DNA from: Myxococcota bacterium
GTDB lineage: Bacteria > Myxococcota_A > Polyangia > Nannocystales > Nannocystaceae
DNA: 64,000 nucleotides
Assembly (NCBI GenBank): GCA_039028615.1
Contig: JBCCHT010000026.1
Location: 1-64,000, forward strand
Reading direction: 5' to 3'
Within the stretch, counting starts at the first letter, position 1. Each line of letters starts with the position of its first letter. The notes under the pieces are model-generated. The model ran no database searches and had not been told where the DNA came from. It saw only the letters and a list, made by a program, of their open reading frames with translations. The position numbers were made by a program, and so were the translations under genes. Positions 46,201 to 51,228 of this stretch are shown one piece after another.

Positions 46201-47272
46201 ACGGTTCGCGGTGCCCGTGGGGATGCCGGCGGAGCGCCTCGACGCGGTGGCCGAGGTCGTGGCTCGGATCGCCGACCCCGACCATCGCCCGCTCGACCTC
46301 GAGCCGATGCAGACCGGCTCACCTGGGGCCTCGGTCGCCCGCTACCGCCCGGTCATCGAGGTGTCGCCGACGATCGTCAACGCACTCGAAGGCCGTCGTC
46401 AGACGCGGAACGAGAACGCCGAGGTGGTGGCCGAAATCTGCCCCGACGCGGAGCGTCGCATCGTGTCGCTGCCCGAGGGCCAGGTCGAGGTGTTCATGGT
46501 CGGTGATGGCCCGCCCGCGGTGCTGATGCACCCCTTCAACATCGGGGCAGGGATCTTCGCGGATCAGCTCGCGGGGCTCCGCGATGCCCATCGCGTCGTC
46601 GTGATCCACCACCCGGGAGTCGGAGCGACGACGGCGGCACCCGACCTGTCGCTGGACGGACTGGTCGCGCTGCTCCACGATGTGATCCGGGCGCTGGAGA
46701 TCGACGAGCCGCTGCATGTCGTGGGCGCGTCCGTCGGTGGCCTCGAAGCGCAGGCCTATGCCCTGCGGTACCCGGAACAGGTCGCCTCGCTCACGCTGCT
46801 GTGCAGCTCGTACCGGGTCGGCAATCGCAACGGCGTCATCAGCCCATTGGCAGACGTCGTCCGGGACGACTTCGCGGCGTTGGTGGCCGAGCGACCCGGG
46901 TTCCCGGAGCAACAGGACCGGCTCGCTCAGCGACTGTTCCGCTGCGAGAGCATGGCCCCTCAGATCGGGCTGCGTTATATCGACGAGTTCGAGATGGACC
47001 CGGGGCTGCTGGCACGCTTGCCTCAGCTGAAGTGCCCCACGCTCATCGTTCACGGGGGTCACGACACGGTGATCGACCGCACTACGGCCCGGGCCTTGTG
47101 GACGGCGATCGACGGCGCTCGTTGGGTGGAGCTGGAGCACGCGGGCCACTTCCCGAGCCTCACCGACCCTGCCGAGTGCAACGCACTGCTGCGGGAAGCG
47201 TTCGCGTCCGCGACTGAAGGCGACTCCGGCTCGGACTCCGATCCGGCGAAGGCCGAAGGAGGAGGACATTGA
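28244..47272 (+). CDS. Trans-AT PKS megasynthase, LnmJ-like (DH-ACP-KR-KS-ECH-ACP-KS-DH-KR-ACP-KS-DH-ACP-KS-ACP-ACP-DUF2156-SH-TE)
   Basis: DH HRVHGVSLMP; ACP GLDS; KR GGSGGLG; four intact C/H/H KS domains; ECH GHASGGG...YGFTPGMG; DH HRVAG, KR GGAGGIG; DH HRVDG; DUF2156-like YLLDLEFYP...QFKNKFRP; PLP lyase DLSTDSW, LDATR, SLSKD; TE GASVG. Start placed at ATG 28244 (or 28268), after the LnmI-like stop. Confidence 0.93.
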   Translation: MPSPTTTPMPALECRLVLTHSDFIMQNHRVHGVSLMPGVVFLDIIIRMLAERGIEPRRVVLRDILFTEPVSTEPGTSRELLISVDGLEGGGRLVGRSRLQRDGVVVGDWDEHVRAELSIEDRPEPPALELSPWRSVAAGARDVESMYAIARREGIVHGDPMKCRGSMTEMEQGLLVELRLDSTSESIEEGFHLHPAKLDASTIVAYAQTSFSDRHPFIPVFVREFWAPRASRGPCFVHVPGREQLASSGDVIRNDYALHDEHGQLVAQVVGLTCKRIRHPELITRLVGGQGDVTDEAAAEIQTGAEPEFAAEGDLDGMGWFLRERIAERLGRPPAQVPTTKGFYDLGLDSVDLLELSEALQGTLRCPVYPTLLFEFSCVDDLARHLHELGAVAPSEPRAESAPTTTSTEVVEDVEAESRMYRPQWEPDGADTVEIGAAPVLVIADSSPDASAVAEVWRARGVEVTVASLGVESEAEIDRISTEAARLLAESTVRQVVWLLPEDEIGAEPQVLLTAMALGKALVESAREAGATLVVAARTDDGGEPTPLAWGMAAALRTMSAETSGLRARVVVSHAADPSSQVAERLCQELHRDDRETLVSYREQRRHRLRYALIEEPPPNSDFLPGGVYLIAGGSGGLGRSVGQWLARERGARVALVGRREADADLQRDLASGSEGNGEVVYLSHDLSTTAGARAAVDRVKRRFGSIDGVLQCAGTVRDGVYLLKRSADVRDVCRAKLSVTRALAEATRGESLSCWVTFSSLSGSMGNRGQTDYAFANAYLEGLSRQWSGTTEVARRVRSIAWPLWEGGGMSVSDTRQSRSEASTGFVALPTARGLELLRRAVASEEPVSVVLHGDPRRFDASLPMTRAVPASPKAEPGTRSSIAIVGMAGRYPGAANLDQLWNNLESGRDCITEIPADRWDHTAIFDPERGVEGKTYGRWGGFLDDMTRFEASAFGISRREAERMDPQERLFLQTSWQAIEDAGEDPMSWRGREVGVFAGVMWNHYQLVEDGSGSAQPTALLSSIANRTSFALDLRGPSLATDTMCSSSLTAIHLAVESLRRGECDAALAGGVNVITHPQKYLQLAQGQFLSEDGRCRAFGAGGTGYVQGEGVGVLVLMRLEDARAAGHPIRAVIRGSWTGHGGRTGGFTVPDPSAQARVIRRALKRAAVDPKSVSYVEAHGTGTSLGDPIEIKGMVDGYGATSGALTVGSIKSNLGHLEGAAGVAGVTKVVLQMQHRQLAPSLHSRELNPHIDFDAAGIRVPGAAEPWIGGASGEPLRAGISAFGAGGSNVHLLLEAADEAPATSMPEQPVAFVLSARDQPGLRRYARDWLVWLSGQSESTSTSAAQLREHVARTLGVSADDLAGESIVDLGLDPATLQRLRADVDAEPRAPGNASVALTDIAHTLQVGRPAFEHRLAVVVRTLDELRRHLESFVAEQPASGTLAWWGEPTAPSNDALDPTSLEALAQRWQRGEPVSWPRVGEGGSSPRRINLPPYPFHGESYWYGRWKRGNEPGPLVAARPTPDQVSTMTIAEPTEKKVPDYHGDEVGLEVLESGIAVLMLQAEAHDNMFTSGLLQGLQWALAKVERDPRVRALVLSSRGPTFCMGGTPEALERLARKQGRFTDASIVYEGLLRCPVPVISAMRGHASGGGLMFGLYADIVVMSQDAVYGANFLKYGFTPGMGATYVLEKRVGSALASEMFLTGRGFGGRELERRGCNATFRTTDEVLPHALELARAVAAMPPSAVRVLKAELAGRWLRELPATIERELSMHERVLGDESLQQIERHLGREVGDVPPPAPRTPSPIPEAVVQSNAPTNVAVTKSVDVDALRRRVETTLVEILGKTLYLREDEIDHRRPFNELGVDSIGAVTIIRDLNDRYSMSLDSVLLYEHPTVERLASYVAEALADQQRSTDAVLRDAPAPIVEPQPLPAIEPEPEPVTTPPTSPRLLPLADLGVEAQSDWPVDPSPGRVALAPIEGRPPAGSHDPVQHDSSDRPEPEATKPATTGPRPIAVIGMSGRFPDAPDLDALWTNLAEGRSSVREIPRERWDVERYYDPDHRAPGKTLSKWGALLDDIDRFDARLFNISPMEAEVMDPQQRLFLEQAWASLEDAGYASSAGQTSCGVFVGCAAGDYADRLVDHDRLNTGEGFLGTAGSVLAARIGYVLDLTGPTVAIDTACSSSLVALHMACEAIRSRQCSMAIAGGVALMVTPHMHVRTSKLGILSRRGVCAPFDISADGTALGEGVGAVVLKDLEQAIADGDHIHAVVRGSGIGGDGRTNGLTAPNAQAQASLLRTTWERSGISPSDIDYIEAHGTGTELGDPIELKAIVEAMGEDASGDRPCGVGSFKSNVGHTTMAAGIGGLFRAVLAIKHGIVPPTAHFQSLNPKANLGGTRLCIDAVARPWNPGAVQERVATVSAFGFSGTNAHVVVSGAPPRRDGLSMAADQPVLVPVSGRTTEALRQRVADLAAALDYGHAAVDVAFSLAVGRSHLNHRVAFVARGEAELRRALSSWSRRADGESASAGSIAPPDERAIEVATARPEGESALRVLADAYEAGRDLDWSRVFAGRGGRRVPLPTYPFEDQRFWLSERTSVEPSTDAQTYATTHYRVAARDEWVADHRVAGRSLVPGAACIAWVASAIEASSFEIQGLRWLEPLVVDDVLEVALTTGTGQGGTGFRLETRGGTAHATGRVRSGTSSSPEPVRDLDHVFRRCSRMLDGADVYAAFVQSGLEYGPSYQGLEEVRLGTGEALGRIRLGRGSRIDGVGALDPRLLDVAWQAIAALTWDEARTSLVPFSVDSIVVFDVTAPVAYSHVRRIDASHFDVELLDATGQVSIRCEGMHLRAVAPPRRRSSYRPTWQPCPTPPEPTTTTTTNITVIHEDRDEPLVEAVRRAAGGSSVNAVSLWESSSALERALRDSEAILVVAGSSRPEGAGPAELGSAALRVTKALFSAGRRRAALALTFVVRNACALEGGERPQPRAATWIGLSRVITAEVSRWHVTCVDIGSEPADERLARALVDGPPHPLSAIRQGAWHRPAFSSIDLVPPQPGRGFERGGVYLIVGGAGGIGHAISRELATRYRATIAWVGRRPLDAAIEQQILEIEKLGGRALYQSADVSDADAFEAAVTRLEAQVGQFHGAIHCAAVFSDRSLIAMEEGDFRAVLAPKVAGAEVSSRVFSRRPLKFMVFFSSAASFVFAGGQANYAAASTFLDAHAASLDLPFPVSVVNWGYWGSVGAFADEDHRRRFEALGVEPLNPEVGMDALERIVAQRVPQVLVLDAPRERLASFGIDVVEPAAATPRSTMPAAAAVASSSSSVAAPAVLRYVREIFAEVLKYSVDELDPQSTFEAFGVDSLVGAKVVDRLAEDVGELPATFLFEHMTIASVADALSQTHGEPLARMLGAPEPKRADEVVARPSRRPAAVRAPVSVATDIAVVGVSGRYPRSPDIDALWRNLRDGVDCMSEIPADRWNWRDHFDGEEGRGIYSRWGGFLEDVEDFDPGFFGILPRDASEIDPQERLFLENSWHLLEQVGQGSRDTHVSRTGVFVGVMYGAYGQLAATHWPQGRFPGAHSAHWSIANRVSYTFDFQGPSYAVDTACSSSLTAVHLACQSILAGECEQAIAGGVNLILHPAHYAALCHRRMLARDPHCKVFDERADGYVPGEGVGAVMLKSLAQAEADGDTIWAVIKGSHVNAGGKTSGYTVPNPNAQAALIETALKRANVEPRTVSYIEAHGTGTALGDPIEVVGLSRALRDRGAMEACAIGSVKANLGHLEGAAGIVGLTKVLLQLKHRQLAPCVNLDNLNPRIDLDGAPVEPQRALADWPRASASTDDRGERVSPRRAGVSSFGAGGANVHVVLEEYVGTQGAADAPRSPVDGPLPFLLSARSERELDALVTRTAAWVEAADVSLESLVYTSQIGRREMPHRIAVLASSVSELGRRLRAVAEGDATVEGVVRGTSDHGVDRRSPLLAGEEGKAFAQLLMDRGDVSRVAQAWVEGLPTPWSRWWTDSHPPRAPLPGYPFARKRFWVDPVGMDSVAAPSPELPLRHELDIDPSDPIVLEHRVDGTAIVPGMAWLEIVRRNLPGVTADSSIEVEGLTWPTPMLGWSEGVMTLQPRDDGYDFSVESVVGDRVYARGYVRVVNHFDGRVELQRLQARMPGRIDSSDFYTRAREGGLDYGPTFQVIRDSWEGATEVLIRLETSGDAPLRGASLRPDLADGLVQGIIALEREGRSYLPTAVERIVARGPWPSRGWAHVVEVEAAAGTDARLNRRFDVTLVADDGQVMARLHGVTATLVMAKRVTKSDPSPIAAPPVATGSVEEHLEAALRGMARSFLLVEESDVDLDASLEELGFDSLSLVDLIDEINESYGLDLAPQVLFDCPTLRAVGRYLATNHADAVASSMPASVALEPTAAPVVAEVVLPQQPVRAEVSDVDEASTIAIVGAAAVLPGSATLDELWDHLVAGDDLVGPVPPARIELYEGLNGHKVWGGFVDDVDRFDAAFFRVSPREATLMDPQQRLFLEVAYRAVESSGHRVSSLAGTRTGLFVGVGTSDYGDLLRRYDVPIAAHCATGIAHSILANRVSFLLDLQGPSEAIDTACSSSLVAIHRAARAILDGECDVALAGGVNLTLSPGLFQAFTDSGMLSPQGRCKTFDANADGYVRGEGAGAIVIKTMAKARADGDDVLALIRGSAVGHGGRTQSLTAPSPAAQERVLVDAYLAADVDPSTVSYVEAHGTGTKLGDPVEVEALLRALRRLEQEHGGTRPAEASIGIGSVKTNIGHLEAAAGIAGVLKVVLAMRHRQLPPMLHYRRLNPHLKLEGSPLFVLDQLTPWAGRTDADGRLVHRAGVSSFGFGGTNAHVVLEGPPASERSSGTIPAEARFLPLSAPKANGLRDLAAAVLQMLEREPSLELSRLLFTYQFGRDAFDSRVVIATRDRDGLVAALVAVAAGNPLPGIVFQPGDQGAPHAAASWLVGEGSLDEGLWPSPRPTRIAAPGCPWNRTRFWFERPDPKTPDARPVPSNGQGKLRLVPARRGTPARASAVSSSAVAAKVPEGHSATGLREFIEGEVSTLLGVPRAELSHETPFVDLGLDSIFAMQLMRRIESTYGVELATSEIYDHDTIARLATFAAAQCEQESSPAEPIAASDQSVTDSSEIESAANADPTDPNAADGEFVEAQSLLLRRFESVLDRPVATDVPFSEQLSSFDMLRVIADLERRLGTLRKNLLFEYPTVPALTLHLVRDHGADRFGEEEQGENQPNAGASLLSEGLDEPGPWLLAKTVVRANPRLQAEFTELEGRHGKEGGLPNRDISPLVFLDSARRGYFNCARRGEVLFAFSSVASEEDFPALVRDFVTFAQRNGLAPNFLSVLPMEEAGGVRLSATPFGVVQRLPELASFVTTGKAKRQLRYMLRNFTRDRTCRTVEYQVGTSTETDRQIGEMIDRWCETKRMINPYVHRVREELVAGRLDERHRLFLTYADDALANVVILTSIPSENGYLLDLEFYPAEFQGGLEFALVRLFELLQEEGCTMFSFGGTFGVKATDSANADPQTEADLEQLREDGIFDGRGNYQFKNKFRPDNVPIYLCRPLEPAATPVAEIILMIASPTVGATKSTGESPVAPVLGGEDEAERQRLLEDVGHNPLVLPAAAVPLDLSTDSWAEIEEGFVAERMSTLRSLPRGEQQAPHPLPFRHVFSAPSGRDAEAMFCGAMSRRRGVVLTNGLFPTWSLNLVEAGLEPHVLRPSETSGRFRADVDLEDLVGQLATRPGDIAFVCLELSNNAGGGHPLSIANLRAVREQLVVHGIPLVLDATRLLENAYFVAEHETGRDSDDVWAVAREMLALADSITLSLSKDFATDYGGVVATRDPKLVTALHERRAMRGNEVNASNRRLIEAALARPAEVAPLVRARMDAVAGLWSAMRERGLPVPEHTAGHCVVLDVSALPAFASLRNPLPAFVAELYRQGGVRVAPHLVPESSPMSGHVRFAVPVGMPAERLDAVAEVVARIADPDHRPLDLEPMQTGSPGASVARYRPVIEVSPTIVNALEGRRQTRNENAEVVAEICPDAERRIVSLPEGQVEVFMVGDGPPAVLMHPFNIGAGIFADQLAGLRDAHRVVVIHHPGVGATTAAPDLSLDGLVALLHDVIRALEIDEPLHVVGASVGGLEAQAYALRYPEQVASLTLLCSSYRVGNRNGVISPLADVVRDDFAALVAERPGFPEQQDRLAQRLFRCESMAPQIGLRYIDEFEMDPGLLARLPQLKCPTLIVHGGHDTVIDRTTARALWTAIDGARWVELEHAGHFPSLTDPAECNALLREAFASATEGDSGSDSDPAKAEGGGH

Positions 47273-48222
47273 GCGCTAGGCTCGTCACGGGTCGGCTCGA
47301 TCGACTCGACGTCAGCACCGTCCATCGCCAGGTCGTGGTTCGGCCGGCGATGTGCGGCGCCCACTCGTTGTTCACGGGACAGGTCGGGGATTGGACCTGG
47401 GATGCGGTGGCGCAGGTCTGTGACGCCGACGTTCTCGCGGCACGGAACCCCGATGGCGACCCGACCTACCTGGCCTTCTACTACTACCACGTGCGGGGAG
47501 GGCCCCAGGCACACGTCGGAGGGCTGACCTTCGGAGACCACCTCGACGTGGTGTCCAAGGTCTACGGCTGCGGCGCGGAGTCGGTGCTCACCCTGCACAA
47601 GATCTCGGTGAATTCTCCGTCCGCGGGCCAGGACTTCACCTCGGCGGACTTCTTCGACTATCCCGATCCGTCGTGCATCTACGTCCAGAACTTCAACCGC
47701 TGGGTCTGTCGTAGCGCGCCGGGCAGCAACTCGGGCCTGAAGCGTTCTTCGCCCGAGGGCTTCATGCACGCTCACCTCCCGAGCCTCCCCGAGCGTCACT
47801 CTCCGCGTCGGGTCTACGGCCTTGCGAAGCGAGCCGGTCGCTTTCGGGGCCCCGGCCAGGCGCCGACCAAACCCGTGGCCCAGGTCGAGTTCCGATACGA
47901 GCTCGATGCATCGCGGGACGTCAATGGGGTGGGACTGATGTACTTCGCCTCGTACCACGCGATCATCGATCGCGGCATCTGGACGTTGTGGCGTCGACTG
48001 GGCCGGACCGACTCGTCGTTCGTGAGTCGCGTCGTGCTCGACCACAAGCTCTGTTATCTACGCAACGCCGAGCTGGGCTCTTCGTTGCAGCTGAGGGTGA
48101 GGCTGTCCTCACCGCCGGGCGATTCAGGCTCCGAGATCTACGACGTAGAGCTCTTCGAGGCCGAATCCCGAGAGGCGCTCGCCATCGCGAGCGTCGTGAT
48201 CGCGACTTCGGAGGTTTCATGA
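47269..48222 (+). CDS. lnmK: LnmK-family bifunctional acyltransferase/decarboxylase (methylmalonyl to propionyl-ACP)
   Basis: 317 aa. PAMCGAHSLF...GDWTW, YLAFYY, NFNRW, RDVNGVGLMYFASY motifs recognised as LnmK family. Lies directly after the LnmJ-like PKS and before ACP and HMGS, as in lnmJKLM. Confidence 0.85.
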   Translation: MSARLVTGRLDRLDVSTVHRQVVVRPAMCGAHSLFTGQVGDWTWDAVAQVCDADVLAARNPDGDPTYLAFYYYHVRGGPQAHVGGLTFGDHLDVVSKVYGCGAESVLTLHKISVNSPSAGQDFTSADFFDYPDPSCIYVQNFNRWVCRSAPGSNSGLKRSSPEGFMHAHLPSLPERHSPRRVYGLAKRAGRFRGPGQAPTKPVAQVEFRYELDASRDVNGVGLMYFASYHAIIDRGIWTLWRRLGRTDSSFVSRVVLDHKLCYLRNAELGSSLQLRVRLSSPPGDSGSEIYDVELFEAESREALAIASVVIATSEVS

Positions 48223-48464
48223 CCCGACGAGATGTCATCGCCGCCCTGCATGAGGCGGTTGCCCTGGTCTTGCCCCACGTGGGCGCAGAAGAGATCCGAA
48301 TGGACCGTAACCTCGAGCAGCTCGGAGCGGACTCCGTAGACCGAATCGAGATCCTGGTGGGTATGACTCAGCGCCTGGGCGTTCAACGGCCGCTGTCCAG
48401 CTTCGCCACGGTGCCCGACATCGGGGCGCTCATCGACATGCTGGTCTCGGAGGCGGGCCGATGA
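48219..48464 (+). CDS. Discrete donor acyl carrier protein (LnmL/AcpK-like)
   Basis: 81 aa from ATG 48219 (ATGA overlap); LGADSVDRIEI motif. Confidence 0.88.
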   Translation: MTRRDVIAALHEAVALVLPHVGAEEIRMDRNLEQLGADSVDRIEILVGMTQRLGVQRPLSSFATVPDIGALIDMLVSEAGR

Positions 48465-49705
48465 GCGCCTCGGAGCTCGGGATCGGCATCGAGGACCTCA
48501 ACGTCTACCTCGGCTGCCTCAAAGTACCCGTTCGCAGCTTCTTCCAGGCGCGCGGGCTCGACGAGCGTCGCTACGGCAACCTCCAGATGCAGGATCGTTC
48601 GATCGCACTGCCTCACGAGGACCCGGTGACCCACGCCGTGAATGCGGCCAAGCCCATCGTCGATGCGCTGGGCGACGCCGAGCGAGCCTCGATCGAGGTG
48701 TTGGTCACGGCTTCGGAGTCGGGCGTAGACATGAGCAAGTCCATCGCGTCTTATGTACATCGATACCTCGGGCTCTCGGGGCGGTGTCGCCTGCTCGAAG
48801 TGAAGCAAGCCTGCTTTGCCACGACGGGAGCGGTGCAGCTCGCTTCGGGCTACTTGGCATCGGGGATCTCGCCGGGAGCGAGGGCGTTGGTCATCGGTAC
48901 CGATGTGGCGATCGTCAACGAGCGAGCTCAGTACGCCGAGCCCACCATCGGCACGGGCGCAGCGGCGCTGCTGCTCGGCCCCCGGCCTCGGGTCTTTCAT
49001 CCCGATCACGGAGCGTTCGGCAATCACAGCTTCGAGACCATGGATTCGGCGCGCCCTCGGCCCGACTTCGAGATTGCGGATGTCGACGGCTCGCTATTCG
49101 CCTATCTCGACTGCCTGGACCGGAGCTTCGCCGCCTACGCGGATCGAGTCGAGGGCGTCGACTTCGAGCGGACCTTCGACTATCTCGCGTTTCACACCCC
49201 CTTCGTCGGACTGGTCAAGGCCGCGCACCGCAAGATGATGCGGAGCACGGGAGCCGACCCGGGGCAGGTGGCGGCCGATTACGAGCGCCGGGTCGCGCCT
49301 TCGCTCGTCTACCCGGGGCAGGTGGGCAACCTTTGTTCCGCGTCGGTGTACCTCGCACTCGCGAGCATCATCGACAGCGGGAACTTCGACGAGGGAACCC
49401 GCGTGGGCCTGTTCTCCTACGGCTCGGGGTGTTCCTCGGAGTTCTTCAGCGGTCGTATCGACATGGAGTCCAAGCGCACGCTGGCAAAGCACCGCATCGC
49501 CCAGCGCCTGGCCGATCGCATCGAGATTACTTTTGAGCAGTACGAGCGCCTACTCGAGGAGAACATGAAGTGCCTCGTACCCGTGGCGGACCGGGTCCTC
49601 GAGACCGCGCCCTACGACGCGTTGCTGGATCGGATCCCGGACCGGGATCCGATGTTGGTCCTGAAGAGGATTCGCCACTTCCACCGCGAGTACGACTGGG
49701 TCTGA
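48461..49705 (+). CDS. HMG-CoA synthase-like beta-branching enzyme (LnmM-like), copy 2
   Basis: EDPVTHAVNAA, SESGVDMSK, EVKQACF, LAFHTPF, FSYGSGC. Confidence 0.93.
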   Translation: MSASELGIGIEDLNVYLGCLKVPVRSFFQARGLDERRYGNLQMQDRSIALPHEDPVTHAVNAAKPIVDALGDAERASIEVLVTASESGVDMSKSIASYVHRYLGLSGRCRLLEVKQACFATTGAVQLASGYLASGISPGARALVIGTDVAIVNERAQYAEPTIGTGAAALLLGPRPRVFHPDHGAFGNHSFETMDSARPRPDFEIADVDGSLFAYLDCLDRSFAAYADRVEGVDFERTFDYLAFHTPFVGLVKAAHRKMMRSTGADPGQVAADYERRVAPSLVYPGQVGNLCSASVYLALASIIDSGNFDEGTRVGLFSYGSGCSSEFFSGRIDMESKRTLAKHRIAQRLADRIEITFEQYERLLEENMKCLVPVADRVLETAPYDALLDRIPDRDPMLVLKRIRHFHREYDWV

Positions 49706-49726
49706 GCCCAGGGAAACGAGTTCACC

Positions 49727-49987
49727 ATGCAGCCCAACAACTCTCTCGATGGCCACATCCTGTCCGTTCTTCGCCAGTCCTTGCGCACCGTCCTCCCCGA
49801 CCTGAGCGAAGAGCAGCTCGTGCTCGACCGAGACCTCGCCGAGCTCGGGTTCAACAGCCTCGATCGTGCCGACGTCATCACGATGACCATGGAGGCGCTT
49901 GGGGTCGAAGTGCCGGTGGTGCAGTTCCTCGGGGTGAAGACCATCCGAGAGCTGACCCAGCTATTCGCTCGGCAGTCCCGTCGATGA
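49727..49987 (+). CDS. Discrete donor acyl carrier protein (AcpK-like), second copy
   Basis: 86 aa; LGFNSLDRADV motif. Confidence 0.85.
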   Translation: MQPNNSLDGHILSVLRQSLRTVLPDLSEEQLVLDRDLAELGFNSLDRADVITMTMEALGVEVPVVQFLGVKTIRELTQLFARQSRR

Positions 49988-51228
49988 AGATCGCGATCAC
50001 GGGGATGGGGGCTGCGACCGCCGCGGGGTACGGCGTCGCGCCACTGGTCGACACGCTACGCAGTGGTCGTTCGCAGATGGTCGCGGGAGCTCCACTGGAG
50101 CCTCCCGTATTGGCTCGCCTCCCAGACTCGAAGCCGGGCTCGCCCCCGGGGGCGGTCGAAGTGCCCGCCGGGGTCACGCGGTTGCTCGCTCGTAGCGGGC
50201 CCGAGCTCCAGGCCCTCGTGTGGGCGGGGATGGAGGCTTGGGTCGATGCATCGCTCCACGGAGGGGCCGTGCCGCCTCGTCGCATTGGCTTGGTGATCGC
50301 CGGACACAATCTCACGCAATCCCGGGCCCTCGAGGTCGAGCTGACCTACGCGGGGCGGCGTCGCTACGTGAGCCCTCGATTCGTGCAGGAGTCCCTCGAC
50401 TCCACCGCGCTCGGCATCGTGAGTGAAGCGCTCGGCATTCGCGGTGAAGGAGTGTTGGTCGGTGCCGCCTCGGCGAGTGGGAATGCGGCACTAATCCACG
50501 GCTGCCGCATGATCGCCGACAGTAGTGTCGACGCATGTCTCGTGCTCGGGGCGCCCACCCGATTGACGGCGATGCAGGTCCAGAGTCTCGCCAACACGGG
50601 CGCACTCGGAGGCGCGACCCAAGCCTCGAATCCTCGACGAGCGTGCCGCCCCTTCGACGAGGGTCGAGACGGCTTCATTCCCGGGCAAGCGGCGGCCGCG
50701 ATGGTGCTCGAGTCGATCCCCAGCGCGGCAGGGCGCGGTCGGCCGATGCATGCGACGGTGCTCGGCTACGGCAGTGCACTCGCTGCTCGTAGCGGGCTCG
50801 AGCCCTCGGTCGAGGCCGAGGCCGAGGCCATGACGACCGCGCTCGCCCGCGCGGGATTGAGCCCGGGCCGAGTTGACTATGTCAACGCGCACGGGACTGC
50901 GTCGCGGCTCGGGGACGAGACGGAAGCCGAAGCCCTACGACGCGTCTTCGGTGCGGCGCGCCCGTGGATCAACTCGACGAAGGGTTGGGTCGGGCATGCC
51001 ATTCATGCAGCCGGAGTGTTGGAGGCCGTTGCCGTCGTTGCTCAATTGTGTGGCGGTTTCGTGCACCCTAACGCCAATCTCGACCGGCCGATTGATTCCG
51101 CTCTGCACTTGGTGGGACCCGAAGCCATCGATCAGCCCATCACTCATGCGTTGTCCAATGGGTTCGGCTTCGGCGGCATCAACACATCGATCGCTTTCGG
51201 ACGTGCGCCACGAGCGGAGCAACGATGA
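49984..51228 (+). CDS. Stand-alone decarboxylating ketosynthase (PksF-like, Cys to Ser)
   Basis: GAASASGN at the active site (Ser instead of Cys), CRPFD, NAHGTAS, GHAIHAAG, GFGFGG. Start ATG 49984. Confidence 0.9.
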   Translation: MKIAITGMGAATAAGYGVAPLVDTLRSGRSQMVAGAPLEPPVLARLPDSKPGSPPGAVEVPAGVTRLLARSGPELQALVWAGMEAWVDASLHGGAVPPRRIGLVIAGHNLTQSRALEVELTYAGRRRYVSPRFVQESLDSTALGIVSEALGIRGEGVLVGAASASGNAALIHGCRMIADSSVDACLVLGAPTRLTAMQVQSLANTGALGGATQASNPRRACRPFDEGRDGFIPGQAAAAMVLESIPSAAGRGRPMHATVLGYGSALAARSGLEPSVEAEAEAMTTALARAGLSPGRVDYVNAHGTASRLGDETEAEALRRVFGAARPWINSTKGWVGHAIHAAGVLEAVAVVAQLCGGFVHPNANLDRPIDSALHLVGPEAIDQPITHALSNGFGFGGINTSIAFGRAPRAEQR

